Shown here piece by piece: positions 56,646-64,000 of a stretch of DNA of 64,000 bases. Made by a program: the position numbers and the translations under genes. Source of the stretch: the human T2T-CHM13v2.0 reference genome, Homo sapiens. The DNA lies in assembly GCF_009914755.1 (NCBI RefSeq), contig NC_060938.1. The stretch is one strand, 5' to 3'. Every line of letters starts with the position of its first letter. The first letter of the stretch is position 1. The notes below the pieces were generated by a model. The model saw only the letters and a list, made by a program, of their open reading frames with translations, was not told the origin of the DNA and made no database searches.

Positions 56646-57496
56646 CTGTGCCTTATAAGTACAGATCTTCTTAAGCAAACAATAAATTCAGCCTTTTTAT
56701 TCAAATACTAAGGGGTGCCCTCTTCCTTGGACAGTTCTCAGTGCCTGCTAACATCCCAAACTAGCAAGGACACACCCACCCTGATCAGATTTAAGGGGAT
56801 ATTTCCCCCAAGAGAGTTCCTTTCCTGGGGGAATTCTGAGTGCCACCTGTTAAAATATTTTTTCTCGTTTGTTCAGTAAGTATTCATTGAGCACTTCCTT
56901 TGTGTGAGAAATTATCTCAGGGGCTAGAGCTACAAAGTTGAAAAAATAAGATGTGTTCCCTATGTTCATAGAATTTACAGTACAGCAGGAGCAAAATAAC
57001 AAATAATATCAGTAAAGTTTGATGATTGCTATGATAGCAAATGCACATGGATGGATATGGGGCCACATAATTAGGGGACTCTAACATAGTCCATGGGGTC
57101 AAAGAAGGTCTTCCTAAGTAAAGAATCTACCTGTAACACTGAGACCTGAAGTACTAGTAGCCAGGTAAAGGGCACAGAGTGTTCCAGGTAGAAGGAACAG
57201 CATGCCCAAAGTCCAAAAGCAAGGAGGTCTGACTTATTCAAAGAAGTCCAGTATTTACCCAATGTAGTGCAAGAGATAAGAGACAGGAAAACGGCACCAA
57301 AACACAAAGGAACTCATGTATCATGTTAAGGTTTTGTTGTTTCATCTAAAAGAGAAAAGCCATTGAAAGGTGTTTCAGTGAAAGGTGTTCAAGCAAAAGG
57401 TGATATGATCAGATTTACATTTTTACAAGTTAATTCCAGCCACTGTAGAAAATAGAGGAGAACAAAATTGAAGTGTGTGTTTGCAATAGTGTAAAA

Positions 57497-58277
57497 CAGC
57501 AATCCCCAACCTTTTTGGCACCAGGGACCAGTTTTGTGGAAGACAGTTTTTTCACAGGGAAGGGGAGTATGGTTTCTAGACGAAACTGTTCCACCTCAGA
57601 TCATCAAGTATTAGAGTCTCATAAGGGGCGTGCAACCCAGATCCCTCGCATGCGCAGTTCACAATAGGGTTCACGCTCCTATGAGAATCTAATGCCCCTG
57701 CTGATCTGACAGGAGGTGGAGCTCAGGTAGTGTGATGGTTAATGCTGAATGTCAACTTGATTGTGTCGAAGGATGCAAAGTATTGATCCTGGGTGTGTCT
57801 GTGAGGGTGTTGCCAAATGAGATTAACATTTGAGTCAGTGGGCTGGGAAAGGCAGACCCACCCTTAATCTGGGTAGGCACCATCTATTCAGCTGCCAGCA
57901 TGGCCAGAATATAAAAGCAGGCAGAAAAACATGAAAAGGCTAGACTGGCTTAGCCTCCCAGCTTATATCTTTCTCCCATGATGGATGCTTCCTGCCCCCA
58001 AACATCGGACTCCAAGTTCTTGAGCTTTGGGACTCAGACTGGCTTCCTTGCTTCTCAGCTTGCAGACAGCCTATTGTGGGACCTTGTGATCGTGTGTTAA
58101 TACTTCTTAAACTCATATATATATATATATATGTATATCCTATTACTTCTGTCCCTCTAGAGAACCCTGATTAATACAGGTAGTAATGCTTGCTCATCTG
58201 CCACTCATCTCCTGCTGTACTCAGTTTTGAACAGGCCATGGACTGGTACCAGTCAATGGCCTAGATGGGGACTCCTG
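57497..58277 (+). mobile_element. MER1B (hAT-Charlie) DNA transposon split by MLT2A
   Basis: TIR-like ends cagcaatccccaacc / ggggactcctg; 8-bp TSD gtgtaaaa/gtgcaaaa. Confidence 0.85.
57731..58178 (+). mobile_element. MLT2A (HERV-L) solo LTR inserted in MER1B
   Basis: TGTGATGGTTAAT...GAACCCTGATTAATACA; perfect 5-bp TSD ggtag on both sides. Confidence 0.88.
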
Positions 58278-58358
58278 GTGCAAAAGATGTAGTAGCGGCT
58301 TTGAGGATAGTCTTAATGGGAGAGAGAAATATCTGAATCAGAGACATTTGAGCAGTAA

Positions 58359-58685
<327 letters not shown>

Positions 58686-58839
58686 CTACTCTCCTTTTTC
58701 ATAGTTGTGGTTTCAAGGCCCCCAAGACTCTTTATCTTCTAGAAAGTAGAAGATGCAATTAGGGTACAACATTGCCAGGCATTAAGAGCTTGGAAATCTG
58801 ACCAAGGGCCTTCTTCATCATAATTAAGATAAACAGTCT

Positions 58840-59134
58840 TGCCCAGGTGCTGTGGCTCATGCCTGCAATCCCAGCACTTTGGGAGGCTGAAGTGGGCAGA
58901 TCACTTGAGGTCAGGAGTTCGAGACCAGCCTGGCCAACATGGTGAAACCCTGTCTCTACTAAAAATACAAAAATTAGCCAGGTGTGGTGGCAGACATCTG
59001 TAATCCCAGCTACTTGGGAGGCTGAGGCAGGAGAACCCCTTGAGCCCGGGAGGCAGAGGTTGCAGTGAGCCAAGATTGCACTTGGTGACAGCCTGGGTGA
59101 CAGAGTACGACTCTGTCTCCAAAAAAAAAAAAAA
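58840..59134 (+). mobile_element. Alu (AluS-like)
   Basis: Dimeric Alu, poly(A), TSD aacagtctt. Confidence 0.92.
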
Positions 59135-61320
59135 GATTAACAGTCTTTGCCAAAGGGGTAAACTTCTTTTGTTGTTGTTATTTAGTTTTGTTTTTAATAA
59201 AATAATTAAAACAGCAAAACATAAACCTTAAGCTATTCAAATAGCATTTTCAGTTAGAAATAAAATGGAGAAAAATGACATATAGTATCGATAAAGTTTG
59301 ATGATTGCCATAATAGCAAATGCACATGGATGGTTGTGTCTCCTCACCTGCCTCATCATTGTCTAAGCTGCTGAGTGCTTTCTTATGCTTTATGCTTTCG
59401 TTGCCTTTTTCCACTGTGTCAACACGAACCCTGGGTGATAAGAACTATTTTACTATCTGCATTTTACAGATGAGCTATTTGAAATCTAGGAAGATTTTTA
59501 ATTTGCTCAAGTTTACACAATCAGTAAGTGTAGGAAAACTGAGTTTCAAAAAAAGATGTTTTGATTCCAGAATATGTTAAAAAGCCAGATTCTTAGGACA
59601 AGTCCCAGAGAGTCTTACCAAATAGGTCTGGGGTGAGGCCTGGGACTCTGCAGGTAACGCTGATTCAGGTGGCCTCCCATGGACCCCAGTAGTGGAAGCC
59701 CCTCTCTGTCCTGCTCCTAGAGCACTTCTGAACCCCCAAGGACTCAGGATGGACAAGCATCACTGTGAACCACATCTGGGGTCCCACAGCCATTGCTGCC
59801 TTGGGCCATATTTCATCCAAGCAGACACCCTGAATCCCTACTATTTGTGAGCACTGTGTTTACTAGGTACTGGGGCCACTGTGGCAAGTACTGCTCACAA
59901 TCCTGGCCCTCCCAGATCTGTGCTCACCCTTTTCTCCCCCTACTGTTTGCTCCTTGAAGACCAGAATCAGATCTTTCATAGTCAACTTTGTTTTCTGAGG
60001 TTCTGGCCATGGTGCCTGGCATGTAATTAAAGCCTTGCAAAGCTTAAATAGTTTGTTGTTCTTTCATGAGCTTAGAGGGTGCTTGTTTTTTGTGCTACCT
60101 TACCTGCAACTTAACTTTCCTGCCCATCTCTGCCTTACACATCTTTTACTAGAGGGTTGTTCACAAAAGTTTGAAACTTGTATGTATGCAGTAAAGGACA
60201 CATTTTATCATCAGTTTGGTTGCTCTTTGATTATCTACAGGTACAAAATGACCCAAAACATTAGGAGATACCCTGTTATTTCTATTAACCATAAGGAAAA
60301 AGAGTTCATTATAAGATATATTTTATCTTTGTAAATTATCATTAATCTTTCAAGATTGGCCAAGACAAGCAGGTAATTACCAAGCTTCCACCTTACCTGG
60401 TCAAGGGCTAACCTGGACTTTGCATTGTCCCATACCCTTTCTGAAAGGCTACCTACCTTCTTGGTTTGCAAAATATGAAACTCAACCCACAGTCCCTATA
60501 TAATCTTTTCCCGCTCACCTTTCAGAATGAACATTTGAACCTATGTTTACCATTTTAAGGTCAACTTCAATTTTGACACTTCCTATAGCATCTACTCAGC
60601 CAAGCTGTCCTTCAGCCAAAATCTCTTTGATGAGTCTAGAGTTGAGAAAACTGCTCAGGAGAGGGAAAGTGCGGTGGCTTCACTTCAGCTGCCTCTGGAT
60701 AGGATGCAGACTCACCCTTGTTCATTGTAGATTCTAGTATCTAAGTGTCTGTCAAAGTCGTTCTGTCATCCCATGGCTGGATCATTTGGCCACTTTCTGA
60801 GTCTGAGACACATTATGTTTAATTCAAAAGAAAGATTCTTTTCAAATATTTAATTATTCTTCTTGTTCCATTCATTCATTCCTTCATTCTTCAACAAACA
60901 TCTTTGGAGCACTGGTCATGCTCTAAGACTGCCCTGGGGACTGGGGACATAATGGAGCGTAAGCCCTAGTGTGTCCAGTGGGAGGGTAGGATGTTACGAC
61001 CCCTAGTTTACCTCTGTCCCCTGCCCTCCCACTGGACTATGAGCTTCCCAGAGTCACACAGACTTATTCTCCATTGTGACTCCAGTCTCTCAGAGAGTCA
61101 TAGGCACAAGTTACAAAGGCGCTTTTCTAAGGGTTAATGATCTTAAAATCAGTAAACCAGTTTTTTTAGTGATCTCTGGTAGTTTGCTTAATATAAAGAA
61201 ATCTAATTATATAACTTTCCTAAAGGTTATCTGTTTAAAAAGTCAGCAAAAGATGACTTAGTTTTTGAGATAAATAATAATAGTAGTGATACAGTAATGA
61301 TAAATAACATGGATAGAGCA

Positions 61321-61490
61321 TTTTTTCCCTTAGAGATGGGGTCTCCCTGTGTGGCCCAGGATAGAGTGCAGTGCTTATTTACAGGCATGATGATCGTGTA
61401 CTACAGCCTCGAACTCCTGGGCTCAAACAATCCTCCTGCTTCAGCCTCCTGAGTAGCTGGGACTATAGGCACATGCCACCACACCCAGCA
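61321..61490 (-). mobile_element. Alu monomer (FLAM-like)
   Basis: gagatggggtctc...ctcctgagtagctgggacta. Confidence 0.8.
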
Positions 61491-63723
61491 GACAGAGCAC
61501 TTTTTATGTGCCATATCTTGTATCAACAGATGGATCGTAATCACCTGATCATTTCTTCTCCCGAATCTTATCTTGGTTAAAAGTGCTGCCCAAGTCCAGT
61601 TCGTGGCCCAGTACGGTGCATCCCACTGGTAAATTTGAACTCTCTCTTGTGACAGAGAAAATTCTGTTTCCTCCTCTTTGTACTGTTATTGCCTGGTTCT
61701 GGTTCTCTATTTCTCTATTTTCTGTCTCTCTAACCTGCAGTCCTAATCTGCTACCATCCACACTCTCCTTTGTTGCAAGCAAAGCCTATTGCCTGCTGTC
61801 CTGTCCCTGCCCTGCATCAAAACTCTCAATGTCTCCCCAGTGTCTGCAGACTTTTTAATCTAGAGTTCAAAGTCTTCAGATGCTGGTTCCTGCTTATGTA
61901 ACTTCTTGCATTGCTAAGAAGTTAGTCTTCTAACACCTTACTAAGCTTTAGCCACATCAGGCTGCACTGTTTCCTACACACATGATGAAACTTTGCACCT
62001 CCATGCAATTGTTCATGCTTTTCCTCTTGCCCACAATGCCCTTCCTCTTTCTGTGCCCTAGAAATCCTGCCATTCTTCAGTGCTTATCTCAACTGGTCTC
62101 CTCCTTTGGGAGGTTGTCCCATTCTGTGACCTGATACCGTACTTGCTCCAGACCCTACTCCCTGCAGCAGAAAGAATTTCTTCCTTCTCTCTACTTCCAA
62201 GGCACACTACATATACTTTTATTCTAACACTTATCACAGGGTATGGTTTTTCTTGAGTATCCATTTCATCTACCAGACAATAGTTCCTTGAAAGTTCTCT
62301 TAGTTCAGAAAATGAAATCTGGCCTGTGCTAGGCACAACTGCTGTAAACAAATGACCTGGTCCTTCAAGGAAAGGGAAGACCCTTTCCTTGCCCTCCGAT
62401 GGTGGTCAGCCTGGGATAAATGGGAGCACCACTGGCCTCTCCTTACCCTTTCCCCTGCATTTCCTTTTTCCTGCCCATCTCTCTTAACACTTTCCAAACG
62501 TCCTTCCCCAACTCATCACTTAATTTTATCCCACTCCAGTGATTATGATTTTAGGTAAAGCAGAGTAACTCTTTTACACTCTAAAACCTTGGCTTTTCTG
62601 AGTCAGCATAAAGTCAGCAGATCACCAAATGTCAGCCTGGACTAGGGGCTGCCCTCATACTGCTCACCTAGGAGCTCCTTGAGGGCAGCATCCTCATGTT
62701 AATTATATTTATATCCCTCAGAGTCTAGCAAAAGGCTCTGAGCATGACATCACTTACAAAACTCCTAAATTCATTATGAAAGTAAGTCCGTAAAGACAAA
62801 AGCTGGAGATATCCAATTCAAAGTATTTACAGTAGATGGAGCTATCTATTTCACTGTGGTCCACTCTGTATTTCATGTATCATGTGAAATTATTAACATT
62901 CTGGCAATTAATCAGTTCATACTTTTTGAAGAAGCATATTAAAAACCATGAGACTTGCCCTGTTTATTCTTGTAAGCTATAAGTTGCTAGAAAATATTAG
63001 TTTCCCTAAATATTGTATTGTTATTAAAAGCAATTGATATAAGTAATTGAAGACATTAGAAGCCAGAGATACAATGAAATCTTCAAGACTTCAATAGATG
63101 AAATGTGCAAAGGACATTTACATTTCCTGTAAGGGCAGCCAACTTATACATGGAGAGTTCAACCCTCCCACTTGTCATCTTTAAAAAGGCAAGAAAATTA
63201 TTATTTTACAAATATATTTCTAAGATATGTTTTCTAAGTTGACCAAAAGTGTAAGTGCCCAAATCTGATAAAGTTCTGTTGAAACTGTTACATTCGTAGT
63301 AATGATAATTGCTAGTCTTTTGGAAATCAACTTGGTAGGAAAAATAAAAATAATCCTTCTTTTGAACTGCTGTGCTTTTGTTAAGAAATAATCTAAAAGG
63401 AAAAAGTCAAATTCATGAGGTCATTTGTTACAGCATTTTTTATCGTAAAATATTCAAACAACCGAAATAATAAAATATTAAGTGACTAAGTAAAATATGA
63501 TATTAGAATTATTTGTCATCCTGTAGCCATTAGAATATGTATGCAATCAATTTAGAGGTAGGGAAAAATGCTCATGAGTGAGGGGGGGCTGGACCAAACT
63601 CAGAATATAATCTTGTATGTATTCTCTGTTAGGCTTTCTAAAAATTATACATAGATAAAACAAGGATTGAATTAAATGGAAAAATTAAAATTGTATATAT
63701 ATGTTAAGTGATTACTAGTGAAA

Positions 63724-64000
63724 TTTTTTTTTATTATACTTTAAGTTTTAGGGTACATGTGCACAACGTGCGGGTTTGTTACATGTGTATACATGTGCCA
63801 TGTTGGTGTGATGCACCCATTAACTCGTCATTTACATTAGGTATTTCTCCTAATGCTATCCCTCCCCACTCCCCCAACCCCACAACAGGCCCCAGTGTGT
63901 GATGTTCCCCACCCTGTGTCCAAGTGTTCTCATTGTTCAATTCCCACCTATGAGTGAAAACATGTGGTGTTTGGTTTTCTGTCCTTGCGATAGTTTGCTG
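63724..64000 (-). mobile_element. L1PA 3' end (older, GAG-type), continues beyond window
   Basis: Poly(T) + ttattatactttaagttttagggtacatgtgc..., L1 3'UTR in reverse orientation. Confidence 0.9.

Overview
Human (primate) genomic DNA covering the 5' half of DICER1 on the minus strand. It contains a CpG-island promoter and non-coding first exon (~45.4-45.7 kb), several alternative 5'UTR exons, and 12 coding exons (21677 down to 391). The coding exons splice in frame into 2116 nt encoding about residues 1-705 (DExD/H helicase plus most of DUF283); the gene continues past the left edge. Intron 1 holds the MIR3173 hairpin and a young L1HS-Ta fragment. Right of the promoter is a repeat-dense region that I recall being crossed by the divergent lncRNA DICER1-AS1. 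It includes an intact two-LTR MSTA element, an MLT2A LTR nested in MER1B, other LTRs, Alus and L1/L2. Nearly all non-exon ORFs in the supplied track are spurious (Alu, LTR, low-complexity or GC-rich). I see no new gene system. The best second-look items are: (i) a uORF-dense modular 5' leader with a weak Met1 and strong Met11; (ii) several short, locally templated copies, including a perfect 36-bp inverted insertion and a Tigger patch inside an Alu; (iii) an L1-Ta without a target-site duplication (TSD) near MIR3173; (iv) non-B-DNA tracts. Repeat subfamily names are from memory of consensus sequences, and repeat boundaries are approximate unless a TSD or terminal inverted repeat (TIR) is quoted.
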